Shown here in pieces: positions 1 to 8,517 of a stretch of 52,465 bases of DNA. The notes beneath the pieces were generated by a model, which saw only the letters and a list, made by a program, of their open reading frames with translations, was not told the origin of the DNA and searched no databases. This DNA comes from Patescibacteria group bacterium. GTDB taxonomy: Bacteria; Patescibacteriota; Minisyncoccia; Moranbacterales; UBA2206. The stretch is taken from assembly GCA_022709735.1 (NCBI GenBank), contig JAKLIG010000004.1:66240-118704 (forward strand), read 5' to 3'. Within the stretch, counting starts at the first letter, position 1, and each line of letters starts with the position of its first letter. A program made the position numbers and the translations under genes.

Positions 1-780
1 AAGCAGATATATCTTGTCGTAAGCAACCGCCAGAAAAGAAATCGGGAGAAGGACGAGAGACCCGAGAAGCAGTAACACTGAAACTAAGGATAAGCTATCT
101 GACGCTTCCGGCCAGATTTTGGATGGGTCGATTCTGACATTGCTTTTGCTTTCTATTTTAGAATTTTCCGCTTTTTGCGATTTTACCGACAAAACTTGCG
201 GGATAATTTTCGTGCTTTCTTGGAGTAATTCCGATCCTTTTTGGAAAATAAAATTTTCGCCTTCTTTGGAAGCCACCATTGCTCCGGCTCTTGTCCCAAA
301 TTCTTGGATTGCGATAAGCGACATGTCCCCTTTTATTTCTCCAGCGCCAAACGCCACGCCAATTTCTTTGTAATTAGGATTCAAAATATTTTTTCGGTGA
401 GTCGGGCTTTTCATCCAGGCCGCTTGCTGCTCTTCTGCAGATTCATAATTTATCGCTAAATTTTCTCCGGCATATTTATAATCATAATTTTCTTTTTCAA
501 ACCAAGACCAAGGAGTTTTTCCAGTTGGCGAAGTATGGGCAAAATAATTATTATCAATCATGTCATTTAATTTGTCGCCGGCAACTCGCATCAGGGTGTC
601 GCTTTGGATAAGCGGTTCCAGTCCTTCTTTTTCGCGGGCAATGTTGACTAGTTTTATGACTTTGTCCGGCGTAATTTCACTGGCAATAATCGGAGCGGCA
701 AAAATAAAAAACATAACTGCAATTGCCACAGTTTCCACAAAAAATTCCTCTATTAATTTGATTTTTAGTTTTTTAATCAT
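1..780 (-). CDS. CAP/SCP (YkwD-like) domain protein with N-terminal signal/TM segment, partial (C-terminus beyond left window edge)
   Basis: Own minus-strand translation from ATG at 780-778: MIKKLKIKLIEEFFVETVAIAVMFFIFAAPIIA..., then NYFAHTSPTGKTPWSWF...YAGENLAINY...AWMKSPTHRKNILNPNYKEIGVA, the CAP/SCP pattern. Frame stays open to position 1. Absent from the ORF track, presumably because no stop lies in the window. Confidence 0.7.
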   Translation of the reverse strand, partial: MIKKLKIKLIEEFFVETVAIAVMFFIFAAPIIASEITPDKVIKLVNIAREKEGLEPLIQSDTLMRVAGDKLNDMIDNNYFAHTSPTGKTPWSWFEKENYDYKYAGENLAINYESAEEQQAAWMKSPTHRKNILNPNYKEIGVAFGAGEIKGDMSLIAIQEFGTRAGAMVASKEGENFIFQKGSELLQESTKIIPQVLSVKSQKAENSKIESKSNVRIDPSKIWPEASDSLSLVSVLLLLGSLVLLPISFLAVAYDKIYLL

Positions 781-788
781 ATCTATCC

Positions 789-874
789 TTTACGAACTAC
801 GAAATTAATACTAAATACGAAAGTACGAAAAGGGAGTTTGGATGTTTCGTATTTCGCTCATTTCGTATTTCGTA
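789..874. repeat. 'tacgaa' palindromic repeat cluster (arms 789-831 and 845-874)
   Basis: tttacgaactacgaaattaatactaaatacgaaagtacgaaaa faces tttcgtatttcgctcatttcgtatttcgta. The unit tttacgaactacgaaat...cgaaagtacgaaa recurs inside miaA at 29308-29340. Confidence 0.8.
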
Positions 875-1035
875 AAATAAAAAAAGCGGGCTTTTCACCC
901 GATTTCTAATGTATTCGTGGCTTTCCTAAGCCACTTACATACCTATTATAGCAGATTTTTCGCCTCTTGGCAAGGCGTCAGAGAAAAATCAAGGGCGGTT
1001 GTGCCTCGACACGAAACCGCCCCCTTAATAAAATA

Positions 1036-1305
1036 TCATTTTTTTAAAAATCCTTTCAGTCCAAAATAAGCAAATACAGTGCCTAAAATTGCTGGTGCTA
1101 ACCAAATACAAATGGCCAATGGAATAACAGCAGGCGCATTCCATTTTTTCAATTCGAAAATTATATTGCAGTAGAAAAAATCTCCTATTTTTTCGCTAAC
1201 TGCAAAATCGAAAAGCATGGCCAGCAATCCAGCAGAAGCTAAACCAGCGCCAAAAGAAGCTTCTATTGCCCTTAAAAAACGTGCAAAAGTAATTTTTTCT
1301 TCCAT
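1036..1305 (-). CDS. small integral membrane protein (hypothetical)
   Basis: 89-aa ORF with hydrophobic segments (AGLASAGLLAMLFDF; VIPLAICIWLAPAILGTVFAYFGL). A GC hairpin gggcggtt...aaccgccc at about 983-1023 lies downstream on the minus strand. Confidence 0.5.
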   Translation of the reverse strand: MEEKITFARFLRAIEASFGAGLASAGLLAMLFDFAVSEKIGDFFYCNIIFELKKWNAPAVIPLAICIWLAPAILGTVFAYFGLKGFLKK

Positions 1306-1329
1306 TTTTCCTCTCCCAATTTAAGAAAG

Positions 1330-4300
1330 TTATATTTTTCGAATCCCTATTTCTATTTTTTTTCCGTCAATCTCAAAAGTTTTTTTAAGATCAACTTCGG
1401 AGATTTCGCCAGAAGATAATATTTCATTCGCCAAAGTTTCTTTGGTGATTAATTTTTTAAGTTCCAAGTTGTTAAAGATCTCTGATTCGCCACTATAAGT
1501 TATTCTGATTCGATTGTCAACTTCATACCCCGCTTCTTTTCGCATTTCTTGAATAAAACGAACGACCTCTCGCGCCTGGCCTTCAAGTTTGAGTCCAGGA
1601 GTAATTTCAGTCTTAAGCTTAACCTCTTCTTCTTGTTTTTTATCAAAAATTACTTCCTTAACATTTAATTCTTCTTTTATAATATTTCTTAACTCCTCGC
1701 TTAATTCTTGCTTCTTAATTCTTACTTCTTGCAAAGGCTGTCTCACTTTTATTCCCGCTTTGGCGCGAAGCTGCAAACCTTCGCTGATTATCGCGCGAAC
1801 ATTTGCCATTTCTTCATTTAACTTTTCATCAATCATTTTTTCATCTGCCAGAGGGAAATTCTCCAAATGTACGGAACAAAAATTGTCATCCCGAACTTGT
1901 TTCGGGATCTCCTCAGAAGATGCTGAAACAAGTTCAGCATGACAACCCGAGAGGTTCCTCCAAATTTCTTCCGCGACAAACGGCGTAAACGGCGCCATTG
2001 ATTTCGCTAAAGTTATCAAAACATAATACAAAGTTTCATAAGCTTCGTTTTTGTCAGTATCATTTTCTGATTTCCAAAATCTCTTTCGGCTTCGGCGAAT
2101 GTACCAATTAGAAAGATTGTCGATGAATTTGGGAAAACATCTGGCCGCGCGCGTGAGCTCATAATTTTCCATATTTGCATTTATCTCCTTAATGAGCATA
2201 TTTAATTCTGAAATTATCCATCGATCCAATAGATTATTTCGACTTTCGACTTTCGACTTTCGACTTTCAAACTTATCTATATTTGCATAGAGAATAAAAA
2301 AAGAATACGAATTCCAAAGCATACGAAACATTCCGCGCACAAGATCAGCTAAATCCGATTCCTTGAAATTCAAGTTTTCTGCCTGCATCACACTTGAAGA
2401 AGTCAGATAAAATCTCAAGGCATCTGCGCCGTATTTTTCCAAAACATAATTCGGGTCAGGATAATTTTTGAGCCTTTTGGCCATTTTCTTTCCGTCTTCG
2501 GCCAAAACTATTCCGTTGACCACAACATTATTATAGGCTCTGGAACTTTTTATTCCCGTAGAAATAAGATGCAAATAATAAAACCAGCAACGAGTTTGAT
2601 CAACTCCTTCAGCGATAAATTCCGCCGGAAATCCCTTTTCAAAAACTTCTTTATTTTCAAACGGATAGTGAATTTGGGCGTAGGGCATTGAACCGCTATC
2701 AAACCAGGTGTCCAAAACATCCGGAATTCTTTTCATCTCGCCTCCACATTTGCATTTAAAAGTTATCTTATCCACAACATGCTTGTGAATATCAGAAATT
2801 TTCTCTCCACTTAATTCTTCTAATTTCTTAACTGAACCGATAACTTTTATCTCTCCGCAATCGCATTTCCAAATCGGCATAACGGATGCCCAAAATCTTT
2901 GCCGAGAGATCGACCAATCACGGGCTGATTCCAGCCAATTGCCAAATCTTCCATTTTTAATATGTGCAGGCGACCAATTTATTTTTTCTGCGTTTTTCAA
3001 AAGATCTTTTTTTATTTTTTCAACATTCACAAACCAAGAAGAAGTGGCATAATTTATTAGCGGTGTTTCACAGCGCCAGCAATGAGGATAGGAATGCTCG
3101 TATTTTTCCTTGGCAAAAAGTAAATTCTTTTTCGCTAAATATTTTATTATTTCCACATCTGTCTTTTGTGTGTCATTTTCCGGTTTCACATGCATTCCGG
3201 AAAAATCTTCCGCTTCCGGTCGGATTATTCCATCCATTCCAACATGCTGAATAAAAGGCAACTTTTCTTTTTTCCCTAAATTCATATCATCTTCTCCAAA
3301 AGCCGGCGCAATGTGCACAATTCCCGTTCCTTCTTCCGTCGTCACAAAATCTCCGGCATAAATTTTCCAGCCGTTTTCATGGTTAGCAAGCTTTTCATCT
3401 TTAGCGTAATAATCAAAAAGAGGCTCATAAGACAATCCTACCAAATGCTCTCCTTTAATCTCGCTCATTATTTCATATTCATTATTCTTAAATACTTCTT
3501 CAAGTCTTTCTTTGGCTAAAATAAAATATTCGTCTCCGGATTTGACCATTACATAGGAAATATTTTTGTTTATAGCTAAAGCAACATTTCCGATAAGCGT
3601 CCACGGAGTGGTAGTCCAAGCTAAGGCATATACTTTAGGCAATTGGTTTTCAATATTTTCATCAACATCAGTCTGAAGATTTTTTTTATAAATATCAATA
3701 TTATCATCCGAAGATGGGTAATCCATTTTTGGAAGCTTATCAATAGAAAACCATCCGATTTTATCTGCTTCATCTGGAACCATATTTTTTGGTTCGCTTT
3801 TCACTTTTACTTCATAGCAGACAGTTTCAAAAAGCCTTCCTTCAAAAATATAAGGTTTTTTAACAAAAGCTTTTAATGATTGAATTTCAACACCCAACTC
3901 TTCTTTAACTTCTCTTTCTACTGCCTCTCTAAAAGTTTCGCCTTTTTCTACCTTCCCGCCTGGCAAGGCCCAAGTAATTTTTCTTCCTTTTTCATTTCTA
4001 TGGATTAATAAAATTTCTCCCTTATCATTTGTTATTAAGGCGCCTACTCCTCTGCCAGTTTTGCCTAGCATATAATTTATTTTAAATTTTGCCACTACCG
4101 ACAAATCCTTCACATCCTTATACCCTTCCGCTACTTCGGATTGAGAAAGAGTTGTTTCGCAGCGCGGACAAATATGCATTGAACGATAGCCTTCATAAAC
4201 CAGACCCTTGTCATAAAGCTCTTTGAAAACCCACCAAACTGATTCCATATAGGACAGATCCATTGTTTTATAGGCATTTTCCATATCCGCCCAACGCCCG

Positions 4301-4713
4301 AAGCGCCTAATGGTTTTTTTCCAATCTGCCACATATTCCAAAACCTTTGACCGACAAAGTTCGTTGAATTTATCCACGCCTAATTTTTCAATATCTTTTT
4401 TCGCCTTTGAGCCTAATTCTTTTTCGACAATGTTTTCAATTGGAAGTCCATGACAATCCCAACCCCAAACTCGCGGAACATATCGTCCTTTCATTGTCCA
4501 AAATCTCGGTACAATATCTTTCATTGCACTGCCAACAAGATGACCATAATGGGGAGAGCCGGTGGCAAACGGCGGCCCATCATAAAAAGTATAAAGCGGA
4601 CAATCTTTTCGATTCTCCACTGACTTTTCAAATATTTTATTCTCTTCCCAAAAATTTAAAATTCCCTTTTCCATTTCAGGGAAATTCATTTTGGAATCTA
4701 CTTTCTTAAACAT
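1330..4713 (-). CDS. ileS: isoleucyl-tRNA synthetase (type 2, eukaryote-like) with an internal Nudix domain and repeat-derived inserts
   Basis: DGPPFATGSPHYGH (HIGH), KMAKR (KMSKS-like), the WTTTPWT editing motif and GTGIVHIAPAFGEDD. Continuous 1127-aa ORF. Confidence 0.95.
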   Translation of the reverse strand: MFKKVDSKMNFPEMEKGILNFWEENKIFEKSVENRKDCPLYTFYDGPPFATGSPHYGHLVGSAMKDIVPRFWTMKGRYVPRVWGWDCHGLPIENIVEKELGSKAKKDIEKLGVDKFNELCRSKVLEYVADWKKTIRRFGRWADMENAYKTMDLSYMESVWWVFKELYDKGLVYEGYRSMHICPRCETTLSQSEVAEGYKDVKDLSVVAKFKINYMLGKTGRGVGALITNDKGEILLIHRNEKGRKITWALPGGKVEKGETFREAVEREVKEELGVEIQSLKAFVKKPYIFEGRLFETVCYEVKVKSEPKNMVPDEADKIGWFSIDKLPKMDYPSSDDNIDIYKKNLQTDVDENIENQLPKVYALAWTTTPWTLIGNVALAINKNISYVMVKSGDEYFILAKERLEEVFKNNEYEIMSEIKGEHLVGLSYEPLFDYYAKDEKLANHENGWKIYAGDFVTTEEGTGIVHIAPAFGEDDMNLGKKEKLPFIQHVGMDGIIRPEAEDFSGMHVKPENDTQKTDVEIIKYLAKKNLLFAKEKYEHSYPHCWRCETPLINYATSSWFVNVEKIKKDLLKNAEKINWSPAHIKNGRFGNWLESARDWSISRQRFWASVMPIWKCDCGEIKVIGSVKKLEELSGEKISDIHKHVVDKITFKCKCGGEMKRIPDVLDTWFDSGSMPYAQIHYPFENKEVFEKGFPAEFIAEGVDQTRCWFYYLHLISTGIKSSRAYNNVVVNGIVLAEDGKKMAKRLKNYPDPNYVLEKYGADALRFYLTSSSVMQAENLNFKESDLADLVRGMFRMLWNSYSFFILYANIDKFESRKSKVESRNNLLDRWIISELNMLIKEINANMENYELTRAARCFPKFIDNLSNWYIRRSRKRFWKSENDTDKNEAYETLYYVLITLAKSMAPFTPFVAEEIWRNLSGCHAELVSASSEEIPKQVRDDNFCSVHLENFPLADEKMIDEKLNEEMANVRAIISEGLQLRAKAGIKVRQPLQEVRIKKQELSEELRNIIKEELNVKEVIFDKKQEEEVKLKTEITPGLKLEGQAREVVRFIQEMRKEAGYEVDNRIRITYSGESEIFNNLELKKLITKETLANEILSSGEISEVDLKKTFEIDGKKIEIGIRKI
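1885..1943. repeat. GTCAT...ATGAC palindromic element in frame in ileS
   Basis: gtcatcccgaacttgtttcgggatctcctcagaagatgctgaaacaagttcagcatgac. Two hairpins (cccgaa/ttcggg and tgctgaa/ttcagca) sit between inverted gtcat/atgac ends. It encodes CHAELVSASSEEIPKQVRDDN. Confidence 0.8.
2241..2268. repeat. heptanucleotide tandem repeat (gactttc)x4 inside ileS
   Basis: Four perfect 7-nt units read directly from the sequence. They encode ESRKSKVESR on the minus strand. Confidence 0.9.
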
Positions 4714-5869
4714 TTTTATAAACTTCTAGAGTTTCTTTAGCTGTTTTTTCCCAGTCAAATTTCTCAACTTGCTTAAATCCTTTTTGGCGAAGGTCGTATC
4801 TCAATTTGTCATCCATTGCTAGTTTCATCATCGCTTCAGAAATTTCTTCCGTATTCATCGGATCAACAAAATAGGCTGCCTCTCCTGCTACTTCCGGAAT
4901 AGAAGAAACATTGGAAACAATCGCTGGCGTGCCGGTCGCGAAAGCTTCAAGCACTGTCATCCCAAATCCTTCATAAAGAGAAGGCATCACAAAAAATTCA
5001 GCATTTTTGAAAAGCGGAACCAGTTCATCGCCAATAATATAACCGGTAAAAATTACATCTTTGGCGATTCCCAAATCTTTCACAATCTGTTTGTATTCTC
5101 CGGCGAGCCATCCATTTTTTCCAGCTAAAATTAATTTATGCTGGCATTTTCCGCCTGATTTCAAACATTTTTCTTTGAAAATTTTGAAAGCTTCTAGAAG
5201 CCTTGTGATATTTTTTATCGGTTCAATCGTACCAAGGAACAGTATATATTTTTCATCCATTGGAATTCCATACTTTTCTAAAACTTTTTCGTGCGTAATA
5301 TTTGACTCTTCAAAAAGTCTTCTGTCAAAACCGCTATGAATCACCTTGATTTTTTCGCCGTCGTATTTGAAAATATTTTCAATGTCATTTTTAGTCGACT
5401 GCGAAACTGCAATTATATTGTCCGCCTTAGAAACCATAAGGCTCATCGTTGTCTTGATTTTTGCGCTCTTGAGTTTTGGAAAAACATCCGGCACTTTATA
5501 TACCGCTAAGTCATGAATCGTGACAATGGTTTTCCCGCGATATCCGACTGGAATCCGGCTCATCGGAGAAGTAGAATGGACGATATCCAAGTTCTCTTTC
5601 ATCAAAGTCGCCGTTCCCAAAATTTCGTTGTATGCTCCTGGCAAATATTTTTTATAATCCGAGAAAGGATAAAATTTTATCTTCACATTGGGACGCTCAA
5701 ATTTTTTGACATCTTTTTCGCGAACTCTAAAATCGAAAAACAAAACATATTCGTTTTCTTTGTCGATTTCAATCAAATGCCGAATAAGCTGGTAGGTATA
5801 ATGACCCACCCCGATCGCTTCACCTTTTTCCGGATTTAATATTGTTCGAGCATCAATTCCTATTCGCAT
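4706..5869 (-). CDS. glycosyltransferase family 4 (GT-B fold)
   Basis: C-terminal YEGFGMTVLEAFATGTPAIVSNVSSIPEV region typical of GT4/GT1 enzymes. Overlaps the ileS start by 8 nt. Confidence 0.85.
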   Translation of the reverse strand: MRIGIDARTILNPEKGEAIGVGHYTYQLIRHLIEIDKENEYVLFFDFRVREKDVKKFERPNVKIKFYPFSDYKKYLPGAYNEILGTATLMKENLDIVHSTSPMSRIPVGYRGKTIVTIHDLAVYKVPDVFPKLKSAKIKTTMSLMVSKADNIIAVSQSTKNDIENIFKYDGEKIKVIHSGFDRRLFEESNITHEKVLEKYGIPMDEKYILFLGTIEPIKNITRLLEAFKIFKEKCLKSGGKCQHKLILAGKNGWLAGEYKQIVKDLGIAKDVIFTGYIIGDELVPLFKNAEFFVMPSLYEGFGMTVLEAFATGTPAIVSNVSSIPEVAGEAAYFVDPMNTEEISEAMMKLAMDDKLRYDLRQKGFKQVEKFDWEKTAKETLEVYKNV

Positions 5870-5880
5870 AAAATTTTATT

Positions 5881-7539
5881 TTACATTTTATCTGGCGCGT
5901 TTACGCCAAGAATTCGTAGTGTTTCTCCTAATACTATTTTAACAGCATTTATAAGGTTTAGTCTAGCACTGGTCAACTCTGGATTTTCTTCATCTATTAC
6001 TTTGCAATCATTGTAGAATGAGTGAAATTTATCCGCTAAATTTATCGCATAATACGGCAAACGGTGCACTTCGTAATTTTTTGATATGCTTTCAATAAGT
6101 TCTGGAAATTTATTGAGCTCGCGGATTAAATTCAGCTCTTTTTCGTGAGTTAATAAAGATAAATTTCCTGACTTTTGACTTTTGACTTTCAGCTTTTGAC
6201 TTTTCGCAAGTATGTTTGCAATTCTCGCATATGCATATTGAATGTAATACACCGGATTCTTCTCAGATCTTTCTTTCGCCAAATTCAAATCAAAAGTCAT
6301 GTGCGTGTTGGCGTCATACATAAGAAAGAAAAATCTCACAGCATCCAAGCCAACTTCCGAAATTAATTCATCAATATAAACAATATTCCCGGCACGCTTG
6401 CTCATTCTCGCTTCCTTGCCGTCTTTTACTAATCTAACCAGCTGAACAATAACAAATTTCAGTTCGCCTTTGAAACCAAGTGCTTCGGTGGCAGCTTTAA
6501 ATCTTGAAATGTAGCCATGGTGATCCGCTCCCCAAATTTCAATAATCTTTTCAAATTTTCTTTCTATTTTATTCAAAATATATCCGCAGTCAGATGCAAA
6601 ATAAGTTTTTTGCCCGTCTTTTTTGACCAAAACTCGATCCTTGTCATCGCCAAATTTTGTCGTCTCAAGCCACAAGGCTCCATCTTTTTCATAAGTCAGC
6701 TTCTTCTTTTTCAATTTTTCAATTGCCTTTTCGACATATCCGCTGTCATATAAATCTTTCTTTTCAGAAATCCAGCTATCAAAATTAATCTGCATTTTTT
6801 CTTTGACTGTTTTTTTGATAATTTTATCCAAAATAATTTTACCAGATTTTTCTCCAATTTTTTTAATATCCTCGGCACCTTTAAATTTTTTATTTAATTC
6901 GTCTATATAATCTCCGGCATAAACCGCTTCGCTGTCTTTCGCCACACTATGCCCCAATTTCAAAACTTGCTCTCCAGCGTCATTCACATAATATTCATTA
7001 ACATTATCATACCCAGATTTTTCTAAAATTTTTCCAATTACATCGCCCAAAAATCCTCCTCGTCCATTACCCAGATGAAGCGGACCGGTCGGATTGGCAG
7101 AAATAAATTCATTATTAACTTTTATCCCTTTCCCGTTTTTACTTTCGCCGAATTTATTTTTCTGCTTATTTATTTCGCCGATTTTATTTTGTAAATATTC
7201 TTTTGAAAGATAGAAATTTATATAGCCCGGTTTAGCAATTTCTATTTTTTCGAAAATATTTTCGTCATTGCGAGGAGCCGAAGGCGACGTGGCAATCTCA
7301 TTCTTTTTTAGTTTAATTTTACTATTTTGAGATTGCTTCACTTCGCTCGCAATGACAGCAACTATCTCTTCCGCCACCGTCATCGGATTTTTTTTCACGC
7401 TCTTGCTCAAAACCATCGCCACATTGGTCGTATAATCGCCAAAAACCTCGTTTTTTGGATAATCAACATCAACCTCTTTTATATCATATCCGAGGGTTTT
7501 TATGGCTTTCTCTAAAAATTTTTGAATTTCGTGTTTCAT
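5881..7539 (-). CDS. argS: arginyl-tRNA synthetase
   Basis: SANPTGPLHLGNGRGG (HIGH region), WGADHHGY, and C-terminal DALR-type anticodon domain (PVYYIQYAYARI). 552 aa. Confidence 0.95.
   Translation of the reverse strand: MKHEIQKFLEKAIKTLGYDIKEVDVDYPKNEVFGDYTTNVAMVLSKSVKKNPMTVAEEIVAVIASEVKQSQNSKIKLKKNEIATSPSAPRNDENIFEKIEIAKPGYINFYLSKEYLQNKIGEINKQKNKFGESKNGKGIKVNNEFISANPTGPLHLGNGRGGFLGDVIGKILEKSGYDNVNEYYVNDAGEQVLKLGHSVAKDSEAVYAGDYIDELNKKFKGAEDIKKIGEKSGKIILDKIIKKTVKEKMQINFDSWISEKKDLYDSGYVEKAIEKLKKKKLTYEKDGALWLETTKFGDDKDRVLVKKDGQKTYFASDCGYILNKIERKFEKIIEIWGADHHGYISRFKAATEALGFKGELKFVIVQLVRLVKDGKEARMSKRAGNIVYIDELISEVGLDAVRFFFLMYDANTHMTFDLNLAKERSEKNPVYYIQYAYARIANILAKSQKLKVKSQKSGNLSLLTHEKELNLIRELNKFPELIESISKNYEVHRLPYYAINLADKFHSFYNDCKVIDEENPELTSARLNLINAVKIVLGETLRILGVNAPDKM
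6170..6204. repeat. heptanucleotide tandem repeat (gactttt-like x5) inside argS
   Basis: gactttt gactttt gactttc agctttt gactttt, encoding KSQKLKVKSQKSG. Same unit family as in ileS 2241-2268. Confidence 0.85.
7264..7357. repeat. GTCAT...ATGAC composite palindromic element in frame in argS
   Basis: gtcattgcgaggagccgaaggcgacgtggcaatctc, an AT spacer, then gagattgcttcacttcgctcgcaatgac. The arms are an inverted pair. Encodes roughly SEVKQSQNSKIKLKKNEIATSPSAPRNDE. Confidence 0.8.
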
Positions 7540-7701
7540 AACTTTATACTAGCTTAAATATACATAATTATCAACTCATTTACCTCTTATCTGTTTTGTA
7601 AAAACAGTTCTATTTATCAACAACAACTTATCCTTAAATACTCCAGTATTTAAGGATAAATTATAATACATATTTTATAATCAATTTACTAACATTCAAT
7701 G

Positions 7702-8460
7702 TTAGGAGAAATTTACCATGCTTTTTCGAACTGGCCGGAAACTTTTTCGATGAATTTCGCACGGGCCATATTTTTTGAGCGCATCCATATGTATTTTTGT
7801 TCCATAGCCTTTATGCTGAAGAAAATTATACTCGGGATATTTTTTGTGCATTTCTTTCATTATGCGATCTCTTGTCGCTTTGGCAATAATTGATGCGGCT
7901 GAAATAGATTTCACTAATTTGTCTCCACTTACAATTGCCTGCTGTTCCATAGAAAAATTTGGAATTTTTTTGTTGCCGTCTAATAGAATTATGAATTTTG
8001 AATTATGAATTAGGGACTTTTTATTCATAATTCCTGATTCTTGATTCATAATTCTAATAATTTCGCCCACTGCGCTTTTCATCGCCAGAAAGCTTGCTTC
8101 CAAAATATTTACCCGATCAATTGTGTGATGATCGCAAATTCCCACGCCGACATAAAAATTTTCGTGGATGAAATCAAAAAGACTTTCTCTTTGCTTTTCT
8201 GAAAGCATTTTGGAATCGCGTATTAAATTAAACGCCTTGTCATTCTGAGCGGATGCGAAGAATCCCGCAGAAGTAGAATTATTGAAATTAGTACGAGATC
8301 CTTCTCCGCCAGTCGGCGGATCAGGATGACATTTAATCGCCGCCGCACATGCAACAACAGGACCGGCCAGTGGTCCTCTCCCCGCTTCATCAACGCCAAT
8401 AATCAGCTCGTATCCTTCGGCAATTAATTTTTCTTCTAATTCAAATGTTGACTTTTGCAT
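7702..8460 (-). CDS. rnhB: ribonuclease HII
   Basis: GVDEAGRGPLAGPVV and DSKMLSEKQRE motifs, plus the C-terminal HRKSF region. Carries two repeat-derived inserts. Confidence 0.9.
   Translation of the reverse strand: MQKSTFELEEKLIAEGYELIIGVDEAGRGPLAGPVVACAAAIKCHPDPPTGGEGSRTNFNNSTSAGFFASAQNDKAFNLIRDSKMLSEKQRESLFDFIHENFYVGVGICDHHTIDRVNILEASFLAMKSAVGEIIRIMNQESGIMNKKSLIHNSKFIILLDGNKKIPNFSMEQQAIVSGDKLVKSISAASIIAKATRDRIMKEMHKKYPEYNFLQHKGYGTKIHMDALKKYGPCEIHRKSFRPVRKSMVNFS
7985..8055. repeat. 'aattatgaat' palindromic element in frame in rnhB
   Basis: agaattatgaattttgaattatgaat ... attcataattcctgattcttgattcataattct are inverted arms. Encodes RIMNQESGIMNKKSLIHNSKF. Confidence 0.75.
8239..8330. repeat. 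GTCAT...ATGAC composite palindromic element in frame in rnhB
   Basis: gtcattctgagcggatgcgaagaatcc ... gatccttctccgccagtcggcggatcaggatgac. Encodes KCHPDPPTGGEGSRTNFNNSTSAGFFASAQNDK, between conserved RNase HII blocks. Confidence 0.8.
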
Positions 8461-8517
8461 ATATGTATGCTACCATTTTTTGAAATAAAAAAACAATCCA
8501 TTCAAAAGGAGGCAGCC

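Noticed and set aside
8455-8517. ATG 8455 start of the 138-aa ORF
   Set aside because: It has no RBS and overlaps the divergent rnhB start. An in-frame GTG at 8518 is preceded by AAGGAGG at proper spacing.
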